A program made the position numbers and the translations under genes. From a bacterium (lineage in GTDB: Bacteria > Zhuqueibacterota > Zhuqueibacteria > Residuimicrobiales > Krinioviventaceae), in the NCBI GenBank assembly GCA_963674595.2, contig CAXXFV010000017.1, forward strand, positions 1 to 64,000: DNA of 64,000 nt, written 5' to 3'. Below are positions 63,955 to 64,000 of this stretch, one piece after another. The stretch's first letter is position 1. Each line of letters begins with the position of its first letter. The notes below the pieces were generated by a model. The model did not search any database and had not been told where the DNA came from. It saw only the letters and a program-made list of their open reading frames with translations.

Positions 63955-64000
63955 CATTATAAAAATTTTACCGGGGCCATCTGTCTTCTACAGGCGGCAT

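Noticed and set aside
63847-63957. Upstream extension of the SGNH hydrolase ORF
   Set aside because: It crosses a terminator hairpin; the start at 63846 gives a clean signal peptide.
26427-64000. Right half as a horizontally acquired island in the left-hand genome
   Set aside because: It starts mid-scpA and consists of core housekeeping genes with no mobility signature; a contig join explains it better.

Overview
The window looks like two unrelated genome fragments joined at about 26,426/26,427. The left part (1-26,426) resembles Chloroflexota/Anaerolineae. It holds two DUF3048 genes, surE, a divergent class II aldolase-like gene, a class D sortase and a SAM methyltransferase. An accessory island follows: a DUF5677 gene, an IS256 nested inside an IS3, a GT-C-like membrane protein and an array of orphan Rhs toxin/immunity cassettes. 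An intact 8.3 kb LacI-rbsK-BMP ABC-ADP-ribosylglycohydrolase operon sits inside this array, between two Rhs-core repeats. The right part (26,427-64,000) is a lower-GC diderm genome resembling KSB1/Calditrichota (FCB group). It begins mid-scpA and runs through scpB-rluB-cmk-ispH-rpsA, lapAB, an amidase, pcm, pspC, mscS, clpP, an XhoI-family restriction-modification pair, ugd, an ECF sigma/ZAS anti-sigma/GWxTD operon, a cluster of exported carbohydrate-type enzymes, a GntR-dehydrogenase-racemase-NhaC operon and an ASPIC/UnbV protein. Many genes, including essential ones, carry single-base indels, often at homopolymers; these are most likely sequencing errors. All family assignments come from motif recognition by eye, not from database searches.
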